Part shown: positions 10,251 through 19,885 of the stretch, piece after piece | Layout: each line of letters begins with the position of its first letter | Numbering within the stretch: the first letter of the stretch is position 1 | DNA from: a virus | Lineage: Duplodnaviria; Caudoviricetes | IMG/VR virus record: IMGVR_UViG_3300048848_000227 | Span: 1-62,918 of that record | Length of the DNA: 62,918 nt | Direction: 5' to 3' (one strand) | The notes under the pieces: model-generated | Seen by the model: only the letters and a program-made list of their open reading frames with translations | Told to the model about the DNA's origin: nothing | Databases searched by the model: none | Position numbers and translations under genes: made by a program

Positions 10251-10313
10251 CCAACACCCACCAACCACCACAACCAGCCCTACTGCTTCAGCAGTAGGGT
10301 GAGAGGAGAAGCT

Positions 10314-10853
10314 ATGACCGATTTTATCCCGTTCCAGAAAATCCCGCGCCTCAAGAGAGGTTGCGTCATCACCGAAAAGCTTGACGGCACCAATGCGCAG
10401 ATCGTCATCGATGCGGAAGGCAACATCCGCGCCGGCTCACGCAATCGGTGGATCACGCCGGAAGACGACAACTACGGCTTCGCCGGCTGGGTCAGCCGCA
10501 ATGCAGAAGAGCTCCGGAAGCTCGGCGAAGGCCAGCATTTTGGCGAGTGGTGGGGCAACGGCATCCAGCGCGGCTACGGCCTGAAGGAAAAACGCTTCTC
10601 GCTGTTCAATTCCGGACGATGGTCAGATCCCGCAGTTCGTCCCGCCTGCTGCGACGTAGTGCCGGTCCTCTACGCCGGCCACTTTGCGACGGACACCGTC
10701 GACATGGTGCTGGACAACCTCAAGGAGACGGGTTCGCAGGCCGCGCCAGGCTTCCCGCGCCCGGAAGGCGTCATCGTATTCCTGCCGGCATCCAACCACC
10801 TCTACAAGGTTCTGGCCGAAAACGATGACGTACCGAAGGTGCTCGCAGCATGA
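10314..10853 (+). CDS. ATP-dependent RNA ligase (Rnl2-like nucleotidyltransferase domain)
   Basis: TEKLDGTNA (KxDGxN), GSRNR, FGEWWG, EGVIV. Confidence 0.85.
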   Translation: MTDFIPFQKIPRLKRGCVITEKLDGTNAQIVIDAEGNIRAGSRNRWITPEDDNYGFAGWVSRNAEELRKLGEGQHFGEWWGNGIQRGYGLKEKRFSLFNSGRWSDPAVRPACCDVVPVLYAGHFATDTVDMVLDNLKETGSQAAPGFPRPEGVIVFLPASNHLYKVLAENDDVPKVLAA

Positions 10854-11059
10854 CCCCCTTCAACTTCCCCCTCGACCACGTTCCCGTCACCCCCGAACCA
10901 CCCAAGCGCAACCCGCTGCTCGGTGCGGCCATCGCCTTTGCATCCGTCGTCGTCTCCGGCTTCGCTTTCTACGCGGCGCCCGTCCTGACGGTCACGGTCA
11001 TTGTGCTTGGGCTGGGATGGCTTTTCGTTACCGCAGACGACACCACAGAGGAGAAATGA
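10850..11059 (+). CDS. Small membrane protein
   Basis: Two hydrophobic segments; ATGA overlap. Confidence 0.6.
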   Translation: MTPFNFPLDHVPVTPEPPKRNPLLGAAIAFASVVVSGFAFYAAPVLTVTVIVLGLGWLFVTADDTTEEK

Positions 11060-11833
11060 ATGGCGATTTCGCTAGGTAGCCTCAACAGCACCAGAAACAA
11101 CAAGCCACCTTTCGGCCTGCTTTACGGCGTTCACGGCGTCGGCAAGACCGCACTGGCCGCGGAGTTCCCCAACCCTTACTACCTCCCGACGCTCGGCGAA
11201 GAGCCGCCGGATGATGTTGATATCCCGTCGCCAGGCACGGCAGAAACGCTCGACGATGTGCTTGAGGTCATCGGCTGGCTGCTGACCGCAGACCACGACC
11301 GGAAGACCTTCATTCTGGACTCGATCGACGGCACGGAAAACCTTGTCTGGGCCGCCACCTGCAAGCGCCTCGGACTCAACAGCATCGAAGAAGCCGGATT
11401 CGGCAAGGGTTACGTGGAAGCCGATACGGAGTGGCGCGACCTTCTCGGCGGTCTCCAGGCTCTCCGCGATGCCGGCATTGCCGTGGTCATCATCGCTCAT
11501 ACCGAAATAACACGCTTCGACAGCCCGACGAGCGACCCTTATTCGCGCTATTCGCCGAAGCTCCACAAGCGGGCCAATGCGCTCATTCAGGAGGCGGCGC
11601 AGTTCGTCGGCTTCATCAACTATCGCCACACGCTGAAGGAAAAGGAGGTCGGCTTCAACAAGAAGGTCTCTCACGCCGAAGGCAGCGGCGAACGGCAGAT
11701 CCATCTCGAGGAGCGTCCGGGCTTTCTGGCCAAGTCGCGCTACGCCACGCCGCCGGCCGTCACCTTCAAGAAAGGCAAGGGCTGGGAGGAGCTTTCCAAG
11801 TACATGCCCGCGCCGACGGGGAGGGCCGCCTAA
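11060..11833 (+). CDS. AAA-family ATPase (Sak4-like annealing protein)
   Basis: YGVHGVGKT Walker A, FILDS Walker B, IIAH, AKSRY; next to SSB-like and nuclease genes. Confidence 0.85.
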   Translation: MAISLGSLNSTRNNKPPFGLLYGVHGVGKTALAAEFPNPYYLPTLGEEPPDDVDIPSPGTAETLDDVLEVIGWLLTADHDRKTFILDSIDGTENLVWAATCKRLGLNSIEEAGFGKGYVEADTEWRDLLGGLQALRDAGIAVVIIAHTEITRFDSPTSDPYSRYSPKLHKRANALIQEAAQFVGFINYRHTLKEKEVGFNKKVSHAEGSGERQIHLEERPGFLAKSRYATPPAVTFKKGKGWEELSKYMPAPTGRAA

Positions 11834-12013
11834 TGCTCCACAAAGAAGAATACTTCGCGTGGCTACCCGTTCAAGCCGCCACACCGACGGGCGCTCGATG
11901 GGCTTGGTTTGAGCTCGTGACGCGCGAGTGCTGGACAACTGCGAAGGGTCGCGGCCCTTGGCGCTACTACACCGCCAACTAACCACCACCAATCACCACT
12001 AGGAGACTACAGA

Positions 12014-12577
12014 ATGGCAAGACTTGGAACCGCATTCGACGCCACGCAGCACGACACCACGCAGTCGGACTATTCCGAACTGCCGAACGGCATCTACCGG
12101 CTGGAAATCGAGGCGTCGGACGTTGTGCCGACCAGCACTGGCAGTGGCACGATCCTGAAGACCACGCTCGTCGTCATCGAGCCGGAGGACTACAAGGGCC
12201 GCAAGCTCTTCAACAACTACAACCTCGAAAACAAGAACCCCGTCGCGCAGGAAATCGGCCAGAAGCAGTTTGCGTCGCTGTGCCGCGCAATCGGCGAAAG
12301 CACCGTCGAGGACTCAGAAGACCTGCACTTCAAGGCGTTCGTTGCCAAGATCGGCCTGGGCAAGGCGTCTGCGGACGGCAAGTACCCGGCCCGCGCCGAG
12401 ATCAAGTCCTACTTCTTCCCCGACGACGACAAGGAAGTCCCGGCGCCCGCCATCGACGCCAACCAGCCGGCCGCTGCGCCGAAGCCCGCCAACGACAACC
12501 GCCCAGCGGCATCAAACGACAACCGTACTGCCGCAGCTGCGGCGACTGGCGCCAAGCGGCCGTGGGGTGCGAAGTGA
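12014..12577 (+). CDS. DUF669-like ssDNA-binding protein
   Basis: ELPNGIY...YKGRKLF..NLEN; Ala/Pro tail ending KRPWGAK. Confidence 0.8.
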   Translation: MARLGTAFDATQHDTTQSDYSELPNGIYRLEIEASDVVPTSTGSGTILKTTLVVIEPEDYKGRKLFNNYNLENKNPVAQEIGQKQFASLCRAIGESTVEDSEDLHFKAFVAKIGLGKASADGKYPARAEIKSYFFPDDDKEVPAPAIDANQPAAAPKPANDNRPAASNDNRTAAAAATGAKRPWGAK

Positions 12578-12780
12578 CCCTAGTCGAGTTCAAGGTGTGG
12601 CTTAACGGCTTCGAACAAGCAATGGGCGGAGCGACGCCGACAGCTGAACAATGGAAGGTAATCAAAGGGAAGCTCGCGATGGTCGAGTTGGTGAGGGTGA
12701 CTTACCGCGACACGACCACTCGGAAGTTTGGCGGCGTGGATCCTTCGCAGATGGCCGACGCCAGCTTCCAGCGGGCCTAA
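12574..12780 (+). CDS. Hypothetical protein
   Basis: GTG start overlapping the upstream stop; EFKVWLNGF..PTAEQW. Confidence 0.6.
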   Translation: MTLVEFKVWLNGFEQAMGGATPTAEQWKVIKGKLAMVELVRVTYRDTTTRKFGGVDPSQMADASFQRA

Positions 12781-12841
12781 CCCAACCAACGCGGGGCGTC
12801 ACCAGCGCCCCGCTTTTCACCACCACCAAGAGGAGACCAAA

Positions 12842-13228
12842 ATGGGCAACAAAATCTTCAAATGGTACGTCGCCGGCGCGGTTGATGACGAGGTTTTTAA
12901 CAGCAAGCACAACACACGCGAAGAGGCTCTGGCCTCGGCACAAGCGGAATATGGCGAAGATCCGTTCGTTCTGATCGAGGCCGACCCGTCTGTCGTGAAA
13001 GCCAACCTCAGCACGGAATGGGTCATCGAGAAGATCTTGGAAGATCTCGAAGAAAACAACGAACAGTGCTGGGGCGAAGATGGGCCCGACAACCCATGGG
13101 GCGACACCAAGCCCCTGGAGAAAGCTATCGAGAAAGCCGTCGCTGATTGGCTGATTGCCTGCCCGCCGAAGACTTTCTGCGTCGACGAGTTCCGTACGAC
13201 CGAGGCGTTCAACGGCGCGATGCTCTAA
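12842..13228 (+). CDS. Acidic hypothetical protein
   Basis: AGAGGAGA RBS leader; 128 aa. Confidence 0.7.
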   Translation: MGNKIFKWYVAGAVDDEVFNSKHNTREEALASAQAEYGEDPFVLIEADPSVVKANLSTEWVIEKILEDLEENNEQCWGEDGPDNPWGDTKPLEKAIEKAVADWLIACPPKTFCVDEFRTTEAFNGAML

Positions 13229-13290
13229 CACCCACACCCCCGCACGGCCACCAACCGTGCGGGCTTTCACCACCACCAAGAGGAGACACC

Positions 13291-14346
13291 ATGCACCTGA
13301 CAATCAACAGGGCCGCCCTTTCGCGCGCCATCACGGCCGCCGGCAGAGCCGTGGAAAGCCGCAACACCGTTCCCATTCTCAGCAACCTGCTCCTGGCCGC
13401 CACAGACGACGGCCTGACTGTCACCGGCACGGATCTCGACGTCGTCGTGACCATTCAGGCAGAAGCCGATGTTCGCGCGCCAGGAGCCGTCTGTGTGGAC
13501 GCAAAGCTTCTGGGGGATATCTCCAAAAAAGCCGGCGCAGACGACGTGCTGCTGTCGCTGGAAGACGACAAGCTGATCGTGAAGTCCGGCCGCAGCCGGT
13601 TCGCGCTGCAGACCCTGCCGGCGATCGACTTTCCGACCATGGGCGCGGCCACCTATGCTGCCACGTTCGACATCGATCTGGCTGCGCTGTTTGCGCCTGT
13701 GCAGTTTGCGATCTCTTCGGAAGAGACGCGCTACTACCTGAACGGCATCTTCTTTCATGGCACGGAAGCGGGCGTCATTGCCGTGGCCACAGACGGCCAT
13801 AGGCTCTCACGGCACGTTTCCGCACCTGTCGGCGCCTTCGCTGGCGTAATCGTGCCGCGCAAGACCGTAGGCCTGCTGCCGAAGGGCGTGGTGACTGTTC
13901 AGGTGTCGGACACCAAGATCCGTATTCAGGCCGACGGTTTCGAGCTCATCAGCAAGCTGATCGACGGAACGTTCCCCGATTATCAGCGCGTCATCCCAGC
14001 CAACAACGAGCGAATCGTGACCGTTGATCGTGACGCCATGATGAAGGCAGCAGACCGCGTTGCCTCGATCTCTTCCGAGAAAGGCAAGGCCGTCAAGCTG
14101 TCCGTCGCGCCTGGCGGCATTGTTCTGTCCGCACGCTCCGAAGTCGGCGCAGCCGAAGACGAAGTCGCGGTGGAATACAGCGGCGAGCCTTTCGATATCG
14201 GGTTCAATTCCGCCTACTTGCGCGATCTCTTCACCGTCCTGCCCGCCGGGCCGGTCGTCATGAAGTTGACGGAGAACGGGCCTGGGTTGGTGGAGTCGCC
14301 CGCGTTTGAGGGGCTGACTATGGTCGTCATGCCGATGCGGGTGTGA
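13291..14346 (+). CDS. dnaN: DNA polymerase III beta sliding clamp homolog
   Basis: PILSNLL, GTDLD, EETRYYLNGI, VATDGHRL, LIDGTFPDYQRVIP, VVMPMRV. Confidence 0.93.
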   Translation: MHLTINRAALSRAITAAGRAVESRNTVPILSNLLLAATDDGLTVTGTDLDVVVTIQAEADVRAPGAVCVDAKLLGDISKKAGADDVLLSLEDDKLIVKSGRSRFALQTLPAIDFPTMGAATYAATFDIDLAALFAPVQFAISSEETRYYLNGIFFHGTEAGVIAVATDGHRLSRHVSAPVGAFAGVIVPRKTVGLLPKGVVTVQVSDTKIRIQADGFELISKLIDGTFPDYQRVIPANNERIVTVDRDAMMKAADRVASISSEKGKAVKLSVAPGGIVLSARSEVGAAEDEVAVEYSGEPFDIGFNSAYLRDLFTVLPAGPVVMKLTENGPGLVESPAFEGLTMVVMPMRV

Positions 14347-14642
14347 CGATGGCTGTGCAGGAAGAGGGCGGGCTGTGGCGGCCCGCTAACGCCACAGAAG
14401 CGCAGGACTTTGAGCATCAGTGGTGCCGGCATTGCCTCAATCGTAACGGTGACGGCAATTGGGAAGACGAGTTTGGCAACGAAATTGACGGTGCCTGCAT
14501 AGTTCAAGATCAGATGTATTGGAGCGCCGAATTTCAGCCGCCGGAACTCATCATCCGCCACGGTCAGCCGTGGTGCACCGCGTTTCGCCAAGATACTGAC
14601 GTTCCGAGCCGTTGCCTGTTCACGAAGGAGATGGACGCCTAA
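14343..14642 (+). CDS. Cys-rich hypothetical protein
   Basis: WCRHC...C...WC; coupled ORF. Confidence 0.65.
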   Translation: MTMAVQEEGGLWRPANATEAQDFEHQWCRHCLNRNGDGNWEDEFGNEIDGACIVQDQMYWSAEFQPPELIIRHGQPWCTAFRQDTDVPSRCLFTKEMDA

Positions 14643-15571
14643 TGGCCCCCATCCCCACACCCGAATCCGCAACCGTCCGCGCCATCTACGAGGCATACGA
14701 AGCCACGAACCGCCACTACGACAGCCTGGGCATCTCCGTCGGTATCGCCGGCACGGAATGCGATCGCGCCTTGTGGTTTATCTTCCGCTGGTGCGCAGCG
14801 CCCGAAGCCGTCGATGGCCGCAAGGTCTCGATCTTTCGGACGGGTGACATGTGGGAAGAACGCCTCGTAGATGACCTTCGGGCCATCAACGTCGAGGTGT
14901 GGGGCCAGCAGGACCGCATTCGGCTTGTCGCGGGACACGTCCGCGGCAAGTGCGACGGCCACGCGCTAGGCGTACCGGAAGCACCGAAGACCGAACACCT
15001 CTGCGAGTTTAAGTCGTCGAACTCCAAGGGCTTCGCCGACCTCGTCAAGAAGGGCTGCAAGGACAGCAAGCCCCTGCACTTCGCACAATGCCAGCTGGGA
15101 ATGCAGGCCTTCGGTCACGACCGGGCTTTGTATTTGGTCGTGAACAAGGACACCGACGAGCGCTACGCAGAGCGCATTCCTTATGATGCAGACTTCACCC
15201 TCCGGCTGCTCGCGCGGCTGGAGCGCATCATTTCTTCGGACGAGCCTCCGTCTCGCCTATGCACCAAGCGTGACGACTTCCGCGGCATGTTCTGCCGGCA
15301 GGCGGGCGTGTGCTGGCAGGAGGAAATGCCGCGCGTGACCTGCCGCGTGTGCTTGCACAGCACGCCTGAGATGGGCGGCGATGGGCACTGGTCGTGCGCC
15401 CGATGGGCAAAGCCCATCTCGACCGACGAGCAGAAGGCCGCGTGCCCGGCCATGCTGTTCATTCCGGCCTTGGTTCCGGGTGAGCAGATCGAGGTCGATG
15501 AGGCCGCGGAAACGATCACTTACAGGCTGGCCAATGGCGAGCTTTGGACCGACGGCGCCACCACCGCCTAA
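14642..15571 (+). CDS. PD-(D/E)XK exonuclease (Cas4/YqaJ-like)
   Basis: ECDRALW, GKCDG, LCEFKS, HFAQCQ, C-terminal Cys clusters. Confidence 0.8.
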   Translation: MAPIPTPESATVRAIYEAYEATNRHYDSLGISVGIAGTECDRALWFIFRWCAAPEAVDGRKVSIFRTGDMWEERLVDDLRAINVEVWGQQDRIRLVAGHVRGKCDGHALGVPEAPKTEHLCEFKSSNSKGFADLVKKGCKDSKPLHFAQCQLGMQAFGHDRALYLVVNKDTDERYAERIPYDADFTLRLLARLERIISSDEPPSRLCTKRDDFRGMFCRQAGVCWQEEMPRVTCRVCLHSTPEMGGDGHWSCARWAKPISTDEQKAACPAMLFIPALVPGEQIEVDEAAETITYRLANGELWTDGATTA

Positions 15572-15594
15572 CCACACCATAAGAGGAGAGAATA

Positions 15595-15834
15595 ATGGCC
15601 GATTACAATTTCGACCGCATGCACCTGAATGTCAGGCAGACGCGTCAAGCGATTGACAGCCCGGCGCTGCTGCATGGCGCGTTCATCTGGAGCGAAACGC
15701 CGCAGGGTGAGGACTATTGGCGCGCGCAAACCACCGCGCCGACGCATGAGGGGCGATCGACGCTGGCCTACATGGCTGCGCAGTCCATTGAGCTGGAGAT
15801 CCAGTCTGAGTTCTACAGGGGGTTCGCGGCATGA
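15595..15834 (+). CDS. Hypothetical protein
   Basis: AFIWSETPQGEDYW motif; AGAGGAGA RBS. Confidence 0.7.
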   Translation: MADYNFDRMHLNVRQTRQAIDSPALLHGAFIWSETPQGEDYWRAQTTAPTHEGRSTLAYMAAQSIELEIQSEFYRGFAA

Positions 15835-16322
15835 GCACACCAGCCAACGACAACCGCCCCGCCAGCTACGATCAGCAGCTACAAGAACACGCCGCGCTCG
15901 TGCGCCGCTTGGCTCGTAAAATCTCCTACCGTGACGCAGACGACGTCGCGCAGGACATCATGCTGTGCGCCGTGAGAACCCACAAGCACCGCGACGAACG
16001 CTATCCTTTCTCGACTTGGCTTCATGTCGTCGCAGGTAACGTGCGCGTTGAACGGTATCGGGCAAGCACCACCAACATGCGTGCCGGCGTGACCGTGGCG
16101 GACGACACGGAACATGAGGGTGCCGTTCAGCCAAGCCAGCACATCCAGGCGGAACTTGCAGAAGTGCTGCGGACGCTCTCCGGTACGCGTGATGGCGAGG
16201 CTTTGGTACGGCTAGCCATGGGCGACAAGCTAGAGGAGGTCGCCGCGGACTTTGGGGTTAGTCGTGAACGCGTACGCCAGCTAGCGCAGCGCGCTCGCCA
16301 GTCGTTGCAGGTGGCAGCATGA
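15831..16322 (+). CDS. ECF/sigma70-like factor
   Basis: DADDVAQD and FSTWL (region 2); LEEVAADFGVSRERVRQL (region 4). Confidence 0.8.
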   Translation: MSTPANDNRPASYDQQLQEHAALVRRLARKISYRDADDVAQDIMLCAVRTHKHRDERYPFSTWLHVVAGNVRVERYRASTTNMRAGVTVADDTEHEGAVQPSQHIQAELAEVLRTLSGTRDGEALVRLAMGDKLEEVAADFGVSRERVRQLAQRARQSLQVAA

Positions 16323-16460
16323 CCCACTCCACCTCCGTACTGCACCCCAAAGACATTGTCACCCCCGAACAGCTGACCGCCCTGCGCGAGGCCGGGTGGA
16401 TGGTCGTGCGCGTCGATGCCATCCGGCTGGCGCAGGCTCATGCGCGGGAGGAGGTCAACC

Positions 16461-18221
16461 ATGCTCCAACTTCGTGACTACCAGCGCGAGTCGCTGGATG
16501 CCCTCTATAGCTACTGGGCCAACGGCGGCGGCAACGGCCTGATCGTGCTACCGACCGGAGCGGGCAAGGCTCTGGTTATCGCCAAGCTGATCGAGGAGCT
16601 GCTTGCCGATTATCCCGACATGCGGATCGCTAACATTACCCATAGCGCAAGCCTGGTCGAGCAGAACTTCAAGGAGTTCATCGGCCTGCAGCCGTTTGCG
16701 CCGGCCGGGATCTATTCGGCCAGCCTCGGACGGCGAGACGCAAAGGCGCAGGTGCTCTTTGCGGGCATCCAGTCTGTTGCCAACCGCGTTGACGAACTCG
16801 GCCCGATCGACCTTGTTGTCGTTGACGAGGCGCACGCCATCAGCCGGAACGCCGACACGCAATACGGCAAGTTCTTCGAAGGCGTGAGGCGCCTCAACCC
16901 GGACAGCCGAGTCTGTGGCACGACGGCGACGGACTACCGCATGGATTCCGGCCGCCTGACGGAAGGTGACGAGGAAGAGGCGATCGTTGCAGAGAACGAC
17001 AATGGCGAAACGGTCGTGATCAAGCCGAAGCGCACGCGGCTTTTTGACGACGTCGTCTATGAGATCGGCATCGGAGAGCTGATCGAGAAGGGCTATCTGA
17101 CGCGCCTCACCAGCCAGCGGACGGAAAGCAAGATCAACCTCAAGGGCGTTGGCACGCGCGGAGGGGAATACATTCCGGGGCAGGTGTCCGAGGCCGCCGA
17201 GCGCATCATCGAAGACGCCATCGCGGAAGATATGGTGCTGTCGGAAGGTCGCCGGGCCGGGCTGTTCTTCTCGACCAGCAAGGAGAACGCCAACCACATC
17301 GCTGAGGCCATCCGCAGGCATGGTCGGACCTGCGCCGTGCTCACCAGCGACAATGCTCACCAGACCAAGGAGATATTCGAGGGCTTCAGGTCCGGCAAAT
17401 ACTGGGCCATCTCCTCGGTTTCCATGATCACTACCGGGACTAATTTTCCGTTCGTCGATTTCATCTCGCTGATTTTGTCGACGAAGTCACCTGGGAAGCT
17501 GGTGCAGATCCTGGGTCGCGGGACGCGCAACTGTGCCGGCAAGGACGACTGCCTCATTGCAGACCATGGCCGGAATTTGGCCTACCACGGCCCGATTGAT
17601 CGGATCCGCCCGCGCGAGCCTGGCAGCGGTGAAGGCGAGCAGCCAAAGAAGCTCTGCCCGACGGAGTCCGTGGACATCAACGGGCAGAAGGGCTGCGGCG
17701 AGCTCATCCCGATTTCGCAAATGGTCTGCCATTGCTGCAACTACGTCTTCCCGCCGAGTGAGGAGGAGAAGATCACGGTGGCCGCGGCTGCGGCTCCGGT
17801 CCTTTCAACCGAAAAGCCATGGTCTCCCGTCAAGTCACGCACCTTCCGCCATCACCCTGGCAAGGGTGTCGACAAGGACGGAAAGCCGAAGCCGGATTCC
17901 GTGAAGTGCTCCTACGCGGTCGGCCTCAACATCGTGAACGAGTGGCATTGCTGCGAGCATACTGGATTTCCGAAAAGCAAAGCCGATAGGTGGTGGCTGG
18001 CTCATCATGGCCGCCGGCCTTTTCCGAAGACGGTTCTGGAGTGGCTGGAGAGGCAAGGGGAACTGGTCGAGACCGCGGAAGTGCAGCTCGACTACTCGAG
18101 AAACCCAAAATATCCGGACATCAAGGCTCATCGCGTGGGCGCAGTGAACGATAACCGCGAGCCCGCCACGAACGACAACAGCCGGTGGGCGGATGACATG
18201 CGAGACGAGATACCCTTCTGA
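16461..18221 (+). CDS. SF2 DEAH helicase with Zn finger
   Basis: LRDYQ, PTGAGK, DEAH, TAT, QILGRGTR; ends DEIPF. Confidence 0.92.
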   Translation: MLQLRDYQRESLDALYSYWANGGGNGLIVLPTGAGKALVIAKLIEELLADYPDMRIANITHSASLVEQNFKEFIGLQPFAPAGIYSASLGRRDAKAQVLFAGIQSVANRVDELGPIDLVVVDEAHAISRNADTQYGKFFEGVRRLNPDSRVCGTTATDYRMDSGRLTEGDEEEAIVAENDNGETVVIKPKRTRLFDDVVYEIGIGELIEKGYLTRLTSQRTESKINLKGVGTRGGEYIPGQVSEAAERIIEDAIAEDMVLSEGRRAGLFFSTSKENANHIAEAIRRHGRTCAVLTSDNAHQTKEIFEGFRSGKYWAISSVSMITTGTNFPFVDFISLILSTKSPGKLVQILGRGTRNCAGKDDCLIADHGRNLAYHGPIDRIRPREPGSGEGEQPKKLCPTESVDINGQKGCGELIPISQMVCHCCNYVFPPSEEEKITVAAAAAPVLSTEKPWSPVKSRTFRHHPGKGVDKDGKPKPDSVKCSYAVGLNIVNEWHCCEHTGFPKSKADRWWLAHHGRRPFPKTVLEWLERQGELVETAEVQLDYSRNPKYPDIKAHRVGAVNDNREPATNDNSRWADDMRDEIPF

Positions 18222-18223
18222 TG

Positions 18224-18252
18224 TTGACAAATTTGTAAAACGGACTTAGGTT
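18224..18252 (+). promoter_or_regulatory. Sigma70 promoter/operator, copy 2 (upstream of rtcB)
   Basis: TTGACA-17bp-TAGGTT with the identical 20-mer. Confidence 0.8.
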
Positions 18253-18286
18253 GCGCGTACCGACACCATGGAAGAGGAGAATTGCG

Positions 18287-19459
18287 ATGACCTACAAGAT
18301 TTTTGGTCAGCACGATGAGAAGACCAGAAGACAAATGGAAACCTGCATGGCAACAGGCAGCGCGGCTGCTGGCGTGCTATGCGCAGACGGCCATCTGGGC
18401 TACGCGCACCCGATCGGCGGCGTCGTTGGCTACACGGACCACATCTCAATCAGCGGCGTAGGTTTTGACATCGCCTGCGGCAACATGGCCGTACGCCTTG
18501 ATATGCCCTATGCTGACATCTCATCGCGCATCGGCGTGATCCTTCAGGACATCCAGTCCGTCGTCAGCTTCGGCGTGGGGCGCAAGAACGAAGAGCGCGT
18601 CGAACACGCTCTGTTTGATAAGGACGACCTCTGGCTCGCTGCCGATGTCGCTGACCTGAAGTCTATGGCGCAAGGCCAGCTTGGAACCGTCGGATCCGGC
18701 AACCATTACGTCGACATCTTCGAAGGCGATGACGGTGCTACATGGATCGGAGTGCACTTCGGGTCGCGCGGGCTCGGCCACAAGATCACGACCAAGTACC
18801 TAGGCCTAGCCGGCGCAAAGGACGGCATGGAAGTCCCGCCCGCGCTGCTACCGTCCGACAGCGACATGGGGCGCGGCTATCTCGCTGGTATCGAATTGGG
18901 CGGTCTATACGCATACGCCGGCCGCGAATGGGTTATTGAGCGCGTCCGCAAGATCATTGGCGGCGCCGTGACGTTCTCCGTCCACAATCATCACAATTTC
19001 GCATGGCGCGAGACGCACGATGGCGTTGACATGTGGGTCGTACGCAAGGGCGCTACCCCATCGTTCCCAGGCCAGTATGGATTCGTTGGCGGCTCAATGG
19101 GCGATGATGCTGTCATCCTGCGCGGTGTGGATTCACCGGAGAGCAAGGGCGCGCTCTACTCCACGGTCCACGGCGCTGGCCGAGTCATGTCGCGCACCGA
19201 AGCACGCGGGCGTTTCGTCAAGGTTGACGGCAAGAAGATCCGTCAGCCGGGCCGCGTGCGCCACGACGAATGGCAGAATTGGATCCGTGAAAAGGGCGTT
19301 ACCGTCCTCGGTAGCGATCTCGACGAAGCCCCGCAGGCCTACCGCCGCCTCCCCGAAGTCTTGGCCGCTCATGCCGGCACGATTGCCATCAAGCATGTGC
19401 TGCACCCGCGCGGCGTCATTATGGCCGGCGCCAACGAGTTCGACCCGTACAAGGATTGA
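18287..19459 (+). CDS. rtcB: RtcB-family RNA ligase
   Basis: DGHLGY, GFDIACG, LGTVGSGNHY, HFGSRGLG, HN, RKGA, GSMG, HGAGR, DEAPQAY. Confidence 0.95.
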   Translation: MTYKIFGQHDEKTRRQMETCMATGSAAAGVLCADGHLGYAHPIGGVVGYTDHISISGVGFDIACGNMAVRLDMPYADISSRIGVILQDIQSVVSFGVGRKNEERVEHALFDKDDLWLAADVADLKSMAQGQLGTVGSGNHYVDIFEGDDGATWIGVHFGSRGLGHKITTKYLGLAGAKDGMEVPPALLPSDSDMGRGYLAGIELGGLYAYAGREWVIERVRKIIGGAVTFSVHNHHNFAWRETHDGVDMWVVRKGATPSFPGQYGFVGGSMGDDAVILRGVDSPESKGALYSTVHGAGRVMSRTEARGRFVKVDGKKIRQPGRVRHDEWQNWIREKGVTVLGSDLDEAPQAYRRLPEVLAAHAGTIAIKHVLHPRGVIMAGANEFDPYKD

Positions 19460-19507
19460 TAACCACCCGCGCCTCACCAGCGCGCCACCACCACAGAGGA
19501 GAAACCA

Positions 19508-19885
19508 ATGGGCTACTATGATAGTGAATCCTTCTCGTCGCTTGTCGGCAAGACGCTAACTTCCGTAAGAAGAGACGGCGACGAAGAGATCCATTTTACC
19601 ACGACGGACGGCGACACGTACCGTCTCTACCATTCGCAGGATTGCTGCGAATCCGTGACGATCGACGACATCGAAGGCGACCTGCAGTCGCTGGTCGGTA
19701 GCCCGATCCTCGTGGCTGAAGAAGTGAGCAACACGGACAGCCGCGATCCAGAGCAGGAGTACGACTCCTTCACGTGGACGTACTACAAGCTGGCAACCAT
19801 CAAGGGTCACGTCGATATCCGCTGGTTCGGCAGCTCAAACGGCTACTATTCCGAAAGCGTAGAATTCGGGAAGGTGGCCGCATGA
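19508..19885 (+). CDS. Conserved phage hypothetical protein
   Basis: HSQDCCESV...SNGYYSE motif; RBS leader. Confidence 0.8.
   Translation: MGYYDSESFSSLVGKTLTSVRRDGDEEIHFTTTDGDTYRLYHSQDCCESVTIDDIEGDLQSLVGSPILVAEEVSNTDSRDPEQEYDSFTWTYYKLATIKGHVDIRWFGSSNGYYSESVEFGKVAA

Noticed and set aside
14642-15571. Cas4-like nuclease as part of a CRISPR system
   Set aside because: No repeat-spacer array or other cas genes; it sits in a Sak4/SSB recombination module
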